Shown here piece after piece: positions 36,261-48,970 of a DNA stretch of 64,000 bases; positions within the stretch are counted from its first letter, which is position 1; each line of letters starts with the position of its first letter. Both the position numbers and the translations under genes were made by a program. The notes beneath the pieces are model-generated. The model was not told the DNA's origin, made no database searches, and saw only the letters and a list, made by a program, of their open reading frames with translations. The DNA comes from Neocallimastix sp. 'constans' (lineage: Eukaryota), in the NCBI GenBank assembly GCA_050613775.1, contig JBODTK010000001.1, positions 186,001 through 250,000 of the forward strand, read 5' to 3'.

Positions 36261-36530
36261 CTATTGAGAAAACGTAACCATTGAGATAGTTTAACAAAAG
36301 TAATTAATCTCTTGCTTCCTTCCATTTTCCTTTGAGGAAAATAGATATTTCCAATAGTACATTTTTTTGATTCCGGAAAGAAATGATATTTACTGAAATG
36401 ATATATTTGTATAAAAAAAAACGGTTCTTGGAAGAAAGGACACAAAGAATGAACACCAATAAAGAGTCCTCTCATACTGAGAGTTTTAGGATTAGCTCTA
36501 AGAAAAACTTTAATGTTAACGTTATACAAA
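35860..36530 (-). mobile_element. Probable degenerate non-LTR (LINE) 3' relic
   Basis: 35868-36022 resembles 56419-56586 (aacctcac..ttatt(c/t)(c/t)ggattagg..ttgaattgacc..atggtctt..ttttca.cattga..ctcc), which lies among LINE RT fragments. Confidence 0.45.
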
Positions 36531-36584
36531 AAAAATAAATATATATATATATATATATTAATATAAATAATACTTTTTAAAAAT

Positions 36585-36633
<49 letters not shown>

Positions 36634-36647
36634 TTAAAATATAACAT

Positions 36648-36703
<56 letters not shown>

Positions 36704-37552
36704 AAAAAGTCCAACTTCATATAATACTTATTTATTTAATTAGTTTTATTTTTTATTTTATTTTATTTTTTAAATTTTTTTTAATTGTTATTTATTTATT
36801 AGTATTAAATTTTCTAGTCTTTATTCTGTCGTTCTACGATATGAATAAAGCTAGGTTTATATATTACTAAAACAAAATGATTAAAATATATATATATAAT
36901 AAAAATAAATTTTATTTTTATTTTATATTCATTCATATATATGTTTATAATTATTATTTAATAAACACTATTTAATATTTATTCAATTTTTTTTTCACAT
37001 TAAATATTATTTATTTTATATATAATTATGATTTTTATTTTATTTTATTTTTATTTTTATAAGTTTTTCAATTATTTTATTTTAATAGGTTTTTTTTTTT
37101 ATTTTTTAATAAAAAAATTTTTCTAATAATTATGGATTCAATATTTTATTTTTTTTTCTCATAATATAAAAAAAAATATTGGCAGAAATTTTATAAATAA
37201 AAGTATATTATAATATTTATATTATACTTTCATTTTATTATATTAAATAAATCTGCTATATTTTTTAATTTTTTTTAACATCTATTTTATATAGCTAAAT
37301 AATTTCTTTTTTTTTATATATATATTTTAATTATAAAATATAATACTTCTCCAAATTAAAAAAAAAAAAATATTATATTATTTCTTCTCTTAAATATTAT
37401 AATATTTTTACATTAATTTTTTAATTATATTTATTCTTTCATCTTTCCTTTTTAATTTATTAGAAAAAATTAAGAATATATTATTAAATCATATAATTAG
37501 GTTTGCTTTTATTAAAGCATAAAAACTAATAAATTCAATACTGTTATTTTCT

Positions 37553-39715
37553 TTAATTGTATTCCCAAATCTTAGAACAAACTTGGTTAATAGCCATACA
37601 TTCAGCTTGTAAGGAATCACTCCATGGTTTTCTCCAGCAGTTATTTAATTCAGCATAACAAGCATCTGACTTTTGTTGCTTACAAGCCCAATCATCCTTA
37701 GCACAAGAGTAGTAATCATTATTAACTGGTGGTTGGTAAGTTGGTTGTGGTGGTTGGTAAGTAGTTCTTGTGGTTCTTGGAAGAGTCTTTGAAGTCTTTG
37801 GAAGAGTCTTGGTATTTGGAAGAGTCTTGGTATTTGGAAGAGTCTTAGTCTTAGAGACTGGAAGAGTCTTAGTATTTGGAAGAGTCTTAGTATTTGGAAG
37901 AGTCTTAGTCTTAGAGACTGGAAGAGTCTTAGTATTTGGAAGAGTCTTAGTCTTAGAGACTGGAAGAGTCTTAGTATTTGGAAGAGTCTTAGTCTTAGAG
38001 ACTGGAAGAGTCTTAGTATTTGGAAGAGTCTTAGTCTTAGAGACTGGAAGAGTCTTGGTATTTGGAAGAGTCTTAGTCTTAGAGACTGGAAGAGTCTTGG
38101 TATTTGGAAGAGTCTTAGTCTTAGAGACTGGAAGAGTCTTGGTATTTGGAAGAGTCTTAGTCTTAGAGACTGGAAGAGTCTTAGTATTTGGAAGAGTCTT
38201 AGTCTTAGAGACTGGAAGAGTCTTGGTATTTGGAAGAGTCTTAGTCTTAGAGACTGGAAGAGTCTTGGTATTTGGAAGAGTCTTAGTCTTAGAGACTGGA
38301 AGAGTCTTGGTATTTGGAAGAGTCTTAGTCTTAGAGACTGGAAGAGTCTTGGTATTTGGAAGAGTCTTAGTCTTAGAGACTGGAAGAGTCTTGGTATTTG
38401 GAAGAGTCTTAGTCTTAGAGACTGGAAGAGTCTTGGTATTTGGAAGAGTCTTAGTCTTAGAGACTGGAAGAGTCTTAGTATTTGGAAGAGTCTTAGTCTT
38501 AGAGACTGGAAGAGTCTTGGTATTTGGAAGAGTCTTAGTCTTAGAGACTGGAAGAGTCTTGGTAATTGGAAGAGTCTTGGTAATTGGAAGAGTCTTAGTC
38601 TTAGAGACTGGAAGAGTCTTGGTAATTGGAAGAGTCTTGGTAATTGGAAGAGTCTTAGTCTTAGAGACTGGAAGAGTCTTAGTATTTGGAAGAGTCTTAG
38701 AGACCTTGGTGTTTGGAAGAGTCTTGGTAACTGGAAGAGTCTTAGTGTTTGGAAGAGTCTTAGAGACCTTGGTATTTGGAAGAGTCTTGGTGACTGGAAG
38801 AGTCTTAGTGTTTGGAAGAGTCTTAGAGACCTTGGTGTTTGGAAGAGTCTTGGTTACTGGAAGAGTCTTAGAGACCTTGGTGTTTGGAAGAGTCTTGGTA
38901 ACTGGAAGAGTCTTAGTGTTTGGAAGAGTCTTAGAGACCTTGGTGTTTGGAAGAGTCTTGGTAACTGGAAGAGTCTTAGAGACCTTGGTGTTTGGAAGAG
39001 TCTTGGTAACTGGAAGAGTCTTAGAGACCTTGGTGTTTGGAAGAGTCTTGGTAACTGGAAGAGTCTTAGAGACCTTGGTGTTTGGAAGAGTCTTGGTAAC
39101 TGGAAGAGTCTTAGTGTTTGGAAGAGTCTTAGAAACCTTGGTGTTTGGAAGAGTCTTGGTAACTGGAAGAGTCTTAGTGTTTGGAAGAGTCTTAGAAACC
39201 TTTGTGTTTGGAAGAGTCTTAGAAACCTTTGTGTTTGGAAGAGTCTTGGTAACTGGAAGAGTCTTAGTGTTTGGAAGAGTCTTTGAGACCTTGGTGTTTG
39301 GAAGAGTCTTGGTAACTGGAAGAGTCTTAGTGTTTGGAAGAGTCTTAGAGACCTTGGTGTTTGGAAGAGTCTTTGAGACCTTGGTGTTTGGAAGAGTCTT
39401 GGTAACTGGAAGAGTCTTAGTGTTTGGAAGAGTCTTTGAGACCTTGGTGTTTGGAAGAGTCTTGGTAACTGGAAGAGTCTTAGTGTTTGGAAGAGTCTTA
39501 GAGACCTTGGTGTTTGGAAGAGTCTTGGTAATTGGAAGAGTCTTAGATTTAACAGTATTGTTAACAATTGGAAGAGTTTTACTCTTACTGAGTTGTGGAA
39601 GAGTTTTGGTTCTACCAGAAACAGAATTTAAATTTGGAAGAGTTTTTGTTGCAGCATCAGCAGTTTGAATAGCTAATGCAGCTATACAAGCTAATAAAAT
39701 TTTGTTAAATCTCAT
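37553..39715 (-). CDS. Secreted KTLP-repeat protein, paralog 1 (720 aa): signal peptide, ~620-aa KTLP array, short T/P/Q linker, C-terminal 6-Cys domain
   Basis: Intronless ORF. MRFNKILLACIAALAIQTADA is signal-peptide-like. Units KTLPNT, KTLPVT, KVS-KTLP, KTLPVSKT. Ends SCAKDDWACKQQKSDACYAELNNCWRKPWSDSLQAECMAINQVCSKIWEYN. Paralog at 59898-61769. Confidence 0.92.
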   Translation of the reverse strand: MRFNKILLACIAALAIQTADAATKTLPNLNSVSGRTKTLPQLSKSKTLPIVNNTVKSKTLPITKTLPNTKVSKTLPNTKTLPVTKTLPNTKVSKTLPNTKTLPVTKTLPNTKVSKTLPNTKVSKTLPNTKTLPVTKTLPNTKVSKTLPNTKTLPVTKTLPNTKVSKTLPNTKVSKTLPNTKTLPVTKTLPNTKVSKTLPNTKTLPVTKTLPNTKVSKTLPVTKTLPNTKVSKTLPVTKTLPNTKVSKTLPVTKTLPNTKVSKTLPNTKTLPVTKTLPNTKVSKTLPVTKTLPNTKVSKTLPNTKTLPVTKTLPNTKVSKTLPNTKTLPVTKTLPNTKVSKTLPNTKTLPVSKTKTLPITKTLPITKTLPVSKTKTLPITKTLPITKTLPVSKTKTLPNTKTLPVSKTKTLPNTKTLPVSKTKTLPNTKTLPVSKTKTLPNTKTLPVSKTKTLPNTKTLPVSKTKTLPNTKTLPVSKTKTLPNTKTLPVSKTKTLPNTKTLPVSKTKTLPNTKTLPVSKTKTLPNTKTLPVSKTKTLPNTKTLPVSKTKTLPNTKTLPVSKTKTLPNTKTLPVSKTKTLPNTKTLPVSKTKTLPNTKTLPVSKTKTLPNTKTLPNTKTLPVSKTKTLPNTKTLPNTKTLPKTSKTLPRTTRTTYQPPQPTYQPPVNNDYYSCAKDDWACKQQKSDACYAELNNCWRKPWSDSLQAECMAINQVCSKIWEYN

Positions 39716-42439
39716 TTTTCTTTATTAAATTTCTTTGCTTTTATTTTATTTTAAAAAAAACTTAAATATTTATCACTTTTATATAAATTATTAATTTAAT
39801 AATTTTTATTTTAAATTTTTCTATTATAGAAAATTTACTTCTGTATTTTTATTGTATTTAAAAATATAAAATCAATTTATATTTTCAAATAGAAAAAATT
39901 ATTTCTAATTTTTTTTTAATTTTTAAATATATTTTATTTTTTTTTTTTTTTTTTTATATATATGAGAAGTGATTTATTTAAAATAAAAAAAGAGAAAATA
40001 AATTTTCTTTTATAGTTTTTTAATTTTTTTTAATCATTATAAAATTAATTATAAATCATATATAAAAAAAATTAAATTTAAATAAAAATAAAATAGAATA
40101 TAAATAGAATTATATACTAATTAATATAATATCTATATATTTATTTTTATTGATTTTTTATTATATTTTATACTGTTATATATATTGATATATATTCATA
40201 TTTTTATTAATTTCATTTATATAAAATAAAAAAAAAAAAACTTATACATAATAAATAATAAATAATAAAAAGAGTATTTATTAATAATAAATAATAAATA
40301 ATATTTTAAAAATGAGTTTTTTTTTTTATAATTAAAATTGAATAAAAAAATAGAAAATAAAAGATAATTAAAAATTAAAATTTTATTAGTATATGATACT
40401 ATTATTGTTGTTACACAAAAACACTTATTTATTAAATATAAACTTTATTTGATAATATTATGTGATCCACTTTCTCTTATTTGGTAGTTCTGGTTTCCTC
40501 TAAAAAATATACAAAATTTTAATATTTATGAAAAAAAAAATAATAAAATACAATAGGAAAAAGATATTAAAAGATTATAAATTAAAAATAAATCAACCAA
40601 AAAAAATGTATATATTTGTATATAATATATTAATGTATATTAGATAATATATTCAATTATTAATTAAGTTGATAAATAAATAAATAAATTATTAGATAAT
40701 TAATTAAAGAAATAAATGGATAAATAAATAAATAAACTAAAATTTAATTATAAAAAAAAAAAAAACTGATAATAATTAGTAATCATATTCATAATCATAA
40801 TAATAAATAATAAATAGTAACTAATAAATAATAATAGTAACTAATAAATAATAATAATAGTAACTAATAAATAATCATAATCATAATCATAATAATATAA
40901 ATTGAGTTTAATATCCAATGAGAATGAAATAAAAATTTATTGGTTCTTTTTTTTTTTTTTTTTTCTTTTTTCATTTTTTTTTAAATATGAGATGAAAAAC
41001 GATAAATAAAAAAAAGCTTAGAAATAAAATTTTTAATTTTAAAATTTTAAACCATAACAATAATAATAAAAATTAGGATTGAGTGAGTGAGTGAACGAAT
41101 ACAATATGAGAATTTAAGTTATATCAGGTTTTTTTTTTTTCAATGTGATGATCCATTAATTTTTATTTAATTTTTTTTTTTTTTTTTTTTTACTTTTCTC
41201 TTCTTTTAAATATTACCTTTAAGAAATGAAAATAAAAATCATCTAATAGATGTTAGCAAAGAATAAAAAAAATAAATAGAAAAATAAATAAATAGAAAAG
41301 AATTATTGTATATATTATATTATATATTATATATGGATTGATTATAAAATGATATAATATATATCTTCATATAATTAAATATAAATAAATTTAACTGATA
41401 TAATAAGATAATATATCATAATATGTTATATATAGCAATAAATATTCTTCAAACTTCACAATGTATCATTGTGAAATAAAACAATTAGAAAAAAAAAAAA
41501 AAAAAAGAATTAAAAAAATATATATATATTTTTTATATTTTCATTTTCATGACCATTAAGAAATATAATATATAACATAAAATTTAATAATTAAAATTTT
41601 AATTTCATTAAAAGATTTGCAAAGCTTCAAACTTTTAATTAATTAAATACAATTTATTGTACTATATAATGTATTACATTTCTATATATTGTATTACATG
41701 TCTGTATATTATGTATTATATAATATATGGCATAATGCCAATGTTAATACATGATTTAATATTTAATATAAATTCCAAATTCATTAATTAATATTAGTGA
41801 TAATGTCTCTAATTCTTTTTAATATAAATAAATTTTTATTATATATCTAACTTTATTTTATTATTAATTATTATTATTTATTATTATTTATTATTATTAT
41901 TTATTAATTATTTATTATAATTTATATAATAATAAAAAAAAATAAAAAACTTTTATAAATATAAATTAAAATATATAAATAAATATAAATATAAATAAAT
42001 ATATAAATAAATATAAATATAAATAAATATAAATAAATATAAATATAAATAAATATAAATATAAATAAATAAATTATATAATTTTAAATAAATATTAATC
42101 AGTAGTTAATAAATAGCATAACCACTTTTAGTGGTTGAATAATTAAAACTATCATTATATAAACTAACAGAAGAAAAAAAAAATTTTTTTTTGCTGTCAC
42201 AGAATGGAACAACCATTGGACTTTTCTTTTCTTACTTTTTTTTCCTTTTTTTTTTTTTTTTTAATATTGCTCTTCCTCTATTTAAATTTTTTTTTTTATA
42301 TATTTTATATATTGTGAAATTTTTTTAATATATAATATTTTATACTTATATAATATATATTAAATCTATAAAGTTTTACTAATCTTTTTTTTTTTCTTGC
42401 ACTTTAGTAATATTTTTCTTTAATGTATCCTTAACTATA

Positions 42440-42720
42440 AAATATAAAACATAAAATATAAAATAAAGAACATAGAAATATATATAAAACATAAAATATA
42501 AAATAAAGAACATAGAAATATATATAAAATATAAAATATAAAATAAAGGACATAGAAATATATATAAAACATAAAATATATAATATTAATTAAAGAACAT
42601 AGAAATATATATAAAATATAAAATATAAATTAAAGAACATAGAAATATATATAAAACATAAAATATATAATATTAATTAAAGAATATAGAAATATATATA
42701 AAACATAAAATATAAAGCAT
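42440..42720. repeat. AT-rich minisatellite, ~40-46-bp imperfect unit
   Basis: Recurring aaa(c/t)ataaaatata...taaagaacatagaaatatatata, about 5-6 copies. Confidence 0.8.
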
Positions 42721-42944
42721 AAAATATAAAGCGTAAAATATGAATGTGAAAAAGTAAAATATAAAAAGATTGAAATATTAAAGATTATAAAAGATTATAA
42801 AATATGTAAATATAAATATAAATATAAAAAAATAAAAAATAAAATAAAAAAACATAATACTAATTAACATCATATAAAATAAAATAAATAAAATAAAATA
42901 CTAATTAACATCATATAAAATAAAAAAATTTAAAAATAAAAAGA

Positions 42945-43045
42945 TAAAAAAGTAAAAATAATAAAAAAGTAAAAATAATAAAAAAGTAAAAATAATAAAA
43001 AAGTAAAAATAATAAAAAAGTAAAAATAATAAAAAAGTAAAAATA
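42945..43045. repeat. 17-bp tandem repeat (aaaaaagtaaaaataat)n
   Basis: About 5-6 consecutive copies. Confidence 0.85.
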
Positions 43046-43918
43046 AACAATAAATTAAAAAAAATCATAAATGATTACCATTAAATAAAGTAAATGGTCA
43101 AAAAGAAGAAAAATAAGAATTTGAATAATCGATTAAACTTAAAAAAAAGAATTTTTAATAAATTAAATTAAAAAAAATTTTAAAAATTAAATTAAAATAT
43201 AAATTAAAATATAAATTAAAAAATTGAAAATTAAAAATTAAATTAAAAAATAAATTAAAAAATAAATTAAATTAAATATGAAAAAGGATAAAAAAGATAG
43301 AAAAAAGTAGCCAACAATACTAAAAAAAAAAAAAAAAAAAGGAATACAAAATTTCATTGGAATTTGTATTTTTTTTTTTAAACAGGAACAAGAACAAGGA
43401 ATAAAATAGAAAAAAAAACAAAAATCAATTTAATTTTTTATGATCGAATATGAAACACCGTCATTAGAGTGAAACTTATCATTTATTTTATATTATATTT
43501 GTTTTATATTTATTATATATTATTTAATTTTATTTTTATTTATTTTTCTATATATTTATTATATATATATTTATTTATTTTATATAATATATATATTTAT
43601 TTATTTATTTATTTTAATTTAATATTTATTTTCATTATTTATTTTCTATTATTATTATTTATTATTCAATTATTTATTATTTATTATTTATTATTTATTA
43701 TTTATTATTTATTATTTATTATTCAATTATTTATTATTTATTATTTATTATTCAATTATTTATTATTTATTATTCAATTATTTATTATTTATTATTTATT
43801 ATTCAATTATTTATTATTTATTATTTATTATTTATTATTTATTATTTATTATTTATTATTTATTATTTATTATTTATTATTTATTATTTATTATTTATTA
43901 TTTATTATTTATTATTTA

Positions 43919-43949
<31 letters not shown>

Positions 43950-44278
43950 AATAATCAAAGTATTTAAAACATTCTAATATGTATCTTAATTCATTAAAAT
44001 GGATTATTTTGATTTGTTACAAATAAATATAAGATGGTACTTTATACATGTATCATGATTATTATTATTACTATTATTACTATTATCACAAATATTCTTA
44101 TTGTCATCATCATTATTATTATTATTATCACTACTAATCTTATTATTATTTATTATAAATAATAAAAAAAATAAATATATATATATTTGTATTTGTATTT
44201 GTATTTGTATTTATTAATTATTATCATTAAATAGATTTAAAAGATATGAAATGGAATATATTTATTTTTATTTATTTA

Positions 44279-44309
<31 letters not shown>

Positions 44310-45319
44310 ATTCCACCATGAATAAGGAAATAAGTGGGATAATATGATTAAGTATACTTTTAAAAAATTAAAAAAAGAAAAAAAAAATTATATTAATATT
44401 GACATATATATATAAATTTATTCATAATACATAATAAAGTTTTTTTATTATTGAAACCACAAATATATCTATAAATGGTATATATTCTATTTATTCTGAA
44501 AGTAAAAAGATAAGAAATAAAAAAAAACAATATTAATTAATTAATTAATTAATAAATGAATAAATAATATATAATTAATAAATGAATAAATAATAATAAA
44601 TAAATAAATAATAATAATAAAATAATAATAAATTATTAAATTATTATTTAAATAAAAAAATAATTAAACATAAAAATTAATAATATGAAAAATAGATAAA
44701 AATAGAAATAAATTTATTAATCTTCAATCAGCATGATATTTAATTAATTTATCTAATTATTATTTTTTTTTTTTTTGCATGTGGATTCAAATATAAAAAA
44801 ATATAAATTAATATTACTAATAATAATAATAATAATAATTTCATAAGATAATGGAATAATAAATGAATGAATTAATAATAAATAAATAAATAAATAAAAA
44901 TATTAATATGATATGGTTAAAACATATTAAATTCAAATCAATACCCTTTTTTTGAATAATATTAATTTAATTATTATTTATTTAATTTTTTTTTTTTTTT
45001 TTTTGGGAGGTTAATTGTTAAAATCATATTCTATTCTAAAATTTGTTCAAAATACCTGATCTTCATCGGCTGTTCAGGGTGGAAATCTTTACAAAATTAA
45101 TCTAAATATCGATCCTGAAATAGTAATAGTTAAGATGTATTCAATTAAAACCATTCATAATAACTCATTAAAAATAAAAATAAAAAAAATAAAAAAAAAA
45201 AAAAAAAAAAAACTTTCTATCTTTATTGATCGCTTGGAATTGCCACCAAAGGAGAAACAATTGCATGAAATATAAACGGCACCATTATCGCATATTATGC
45301 ATATGTTAATATCCATATA

Positions 45320-45785
45320 ACAATCATATTCATATATATATTAAATAAACAATAGAGTTAGTTATGCAAAACCTAGCTAGTTGAACAGCATATGCTCTTA
45401 ATCATTCAATATGCTTAAAAATCATCAAACTAGCTAGGTTTGCAATATGCTAAAACACTATCATTTATCATTTATATTAATTCATGGCTGTTTTATTGTT
45501 TATTAAAATCACGTGACATATATAATTAAATAAACAACATAGCTTTGATATTTAATTAACAATATATGCATATATATCAACATATAACAACACAGCCTTA
45601 TGTTTATATAAACAATGCAGTGTTTTTATTGTCATTTACATTAAATCATAGCTGTTTTATCATTAATTAAAATTACGTGACTTATATATATAAATAAACA
45701 ATAGGGTTTTATGTTAAAACTATGCTATATTGTTAATTAAAAATCACGTGATTTGCATATATTAAAACAATATGGTTTTTATTCT
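45320..45785. repeat. Cluster of imperfect palindromic units centred on (C/T)ACGTGA, plus an ~80-bp hairpin
   Basis: tcacgtga at 45509 and 45744, ttacgtga at 45673, each within gct..tt.ttg/att..ttaa...aaacaa units. Inverted arms tgcaaaacctagctagttga (45365) and tcaaactagctaggtttgca (45425-45444). Confidence 0.6.
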
Positions 45786-46129
45786 AAAACATGTCAAAAA
45801 CTATATCAAAATAAAACCCTAAAAAATACTGAAATATTTCTTTCAGTTTAGTTTATCTGTAACACGAATAATTTAATGAACAATTTCTACCTAAAAAAAA
45901 AATTTCTGTATCCCTAAAAAAAAAAAAAAAAAAAAAAAAATTTTTTTGTAACTGTTTACACAAACTAGAAATTTGACACTAAATAAAATGATTAATCTCT
46001 ATCATATATCATACATATATTAAAGAATACATAATACTATAATAACATAAAACTTAAAAAAAAGAAAAGAAATACATTAGCTTAAAACAAAATTTATAAT
46101 TTAATATTTTATTATTAATATTATTATAT

Positions 46130-47120
46130 TTAGTGTATCTTTTTATTACTTATTATTTATTATTCAATTATTAATTAATAAATACTCTTTTTTATTATTT
46201 GTTATTTATTATTTATTAATAAATACTCCTTTTTTATTATTTATTATTTATTATTTATTAATAAATACTCTTTTTTATTATTATTTATTATTTATTATTC
46301 AATTATTTATTAATAAATACTCTTTTTTATTATTTATTATTTATTATTCAATTATTTATTAATAAATACTCTTTTTTATTATTTGTTATTTATTATTTAT
46401 TAATAAATACTCTTTTTTATTATTATTATTTATTATTCAATTATTTATTAATAAATACTCCTTTTTTATTATTTATTATTTATTATTTATTAATAAATAC
46501 TCTTTTATTATTATTTATTATTTATTATTCAATTATTAATTAATAAATACTCTTTTTTATTATTTGTTATTTATTATTTATTAATAAATACTCCTTTTTT
46601 ATTATTTATTATTTATTATTTATTAATAAATACTCTTTTTTATTATTATTTATTATTTATTATTCAATTATTTATTAATAAATACTCTTTTTTATTATTT
46701 ATTATTTATTATTCAATTATATATTAATAAATACTCTTTTTTATTATTTATTATTCAATTATTTATTAATAAATACTCTTTTTATTATTTATTATTTATT
46801 ATTTATTATTTATTATTTATTAATAAATACTCCTTTTTTATTATTTATTATTTATTATTTATTATTTATTATTTATTAATAAATACTCCTTTTTTATTAT
46901 TTATTATTTATTATTCAATTATTTATTAATAAATACTCCTTTTTTATTATTTATTATTTATTATTTATTATTTATTAATAAATACTCCTTTTTTATTATT
47001 TATTATTTATTATTTATTATTTATTAATAAATACTCCTTTTTTCATTACTTATTATTAATAAATCTTCTTTTTATTATTTATTATTTATTTATTTATTAT
47101 TTATTAATAAATACTCTTTT
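46130..47120. repeat. Minisatellite with core ttattaataaatactc(c)ttttttatta plus variable (ttattta)n spacers
   Basis: More than 20 recurrences of aataaatactc; a related array lies at 48670-48970. Confidence 0.9.
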
Positions 47121-47763
47121 TTTTTTTTTTTTTTTTTTTCATCTTTAAATATTAAAATAATAAAAATATTAAAATATATAAAAATAAATATATAAAAAAC
47201 ATAAAATATATAGAAATATAGAAATATAGAAATATAGAAATATAGAAATATAAAAATATAGAATTAGAGAATTAGAGAATTAGAGAATATTAATATAATA
47301 TTGTATTAATGTATTATGTATACAATATATAATATTGTACTAATGTATTATGTATACAATATATAATATCTATTAATGTATTATATAATATGATAGAGTA
47401 ACATATACTATATATATGTAATATATGTAATATTGTATTATTGTATGTTAACATGTACTATATGTAATATCAAATATATCAAATATTATGTATTAACATG
47501 TAATAATATATATTTTAGAATTTTATGTAAAAAGTGATTGTATTTCTATATCTAAAAAGGTGGAAGAATTTTAATTGCAACATAGAAAATTTATTTCCTA
47601 CAGCAATCTAGTCAATCTGGTATTCATGACTAATTTTAATGATAATAAAGTAAAATTTATATATATTTATGTACTCTATACATAATTATAGATATAAAAA
47701 TTTTATTTATTTATTTATTTATTCATAAATATTAATATTTATATATATTTATTTTTTATCTAT

Positions 47764-47830
<67 letters not shown>

Positions 47831-48669
47831 CTTGTTTATGAAATTTTATTTCAATATATAAATGGAATAAAATATGAAATAATAAAATATATAAGGACTA
47901 TTTTAATTAATCTAATTAAATATAAAAAAGAAAAAGGAAAAGAAAAATAGAATTAAAATAAAAAAAAAATAAAATAAAATAAAATAAAAACAATAAAGAA
48001 TATTCTAAAATTTGATAAATTATTAAATGATAATTAATTTATGATTTCATGTAGACATAACTTTGAAATTTGCATTGATATCTTTACATTAAATCACATG
48101 CCAATATGACATAAATTTATATAGAAAATAACTATTTTTAAGTTTATTCCTTAAATAGGGAAAGTCTAAAAAAAAAAAAAAAAAAAATTTATAAATATGT
48201 AAATAGAAACAATTATTTAAATCGATCTTTATATATTAATATAAATAGATGTTGTATATTACAATTAAATATAACATATATACATATACACATTAATTTA
48301 CAATATTGTATTAACTATAATATATAGAATATCTCTCTCTTTAAATTTTAAATAATGAATTTAATAAATAAGAAAAAAAAAGAACAATTAATATTCCATT
48401 ATTTATTATTCAATTATTTATTATTCAATTATTCAATTATTATTTATTTACTTATTATTCAATTATTTTAAATTTTTATTTGTAACACAAATTTGATTTT
48501 TTTTTTTTTTTTTTTTTAATTATTAAATTCTTTTTCTTTTTTTTTTTCATTTTTTTTCCTTTTAATTAAAAATTATCTTTTTTTAAATTAAAAAGTAAAA
48601 AAAAAGAAAAAAATACAAACTTTGGTACTTAATTTTTGTTTTAATTTGTAACATATGGTCTTTATTATT

Positions 48670-48970
48670 CCATTATTCAATTATTCAATTATTTATTAAT
48701 AAATACTTTTTTTTATTATTTATTATTATTTATTATTTATTATTCAATTATTCAATTATTCAATTATTTATTAATAAATACTCTTTTTTATTACTTATTA
48801 TTTATTATTCAATTATTTATTAATAAATACTCTTTTTATTATTTATTATTTATTATTTATTAATAAATACTCTTTTTAATATTTATTATTTATTATTTAT
48901 TAATAAATACTCTTTTTATTATTTATTATTTATTATTTATTATTTATTAATAAATACTCTTTTAATTATT
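48670..48970. repeat. Second array of the aataaatactc minisatellite
   Basis: About 6 recurrences of the same core. Confidence 0.85.

Noticed and set aside
37780..39600. CRISPR-like look of regularly recurring tggaagagtctt
   Set aside because: Intervening sequences are short, repeated and in frame rather than unique spacers; this is a coding repeat in a eukaryotic gene with no cas genes.
37770..39668. 632-aa plus-strand ORF of GRVL repeats (also 60121-61782 +, and shifted-frame RLFQ ORFs 38854-39567 and 59984-61495)
   Set aside because: Shadow frames of the KTLP arrays. The repeated codons happen to lack stops in these frames, the ORFs begin at non-ATG codons, and they end where the repeats end. 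Only the KTLP frame has a signal peptide and a conserved C-terminal domain.
43469..43954. Hydrophobic 161-aa ORF (also 35679-35873 and 54630-54912)
   Set aside because: Translations of (ttattta)n, (aaaaaat)n or (ttta)n simple repeats; no coding signal.
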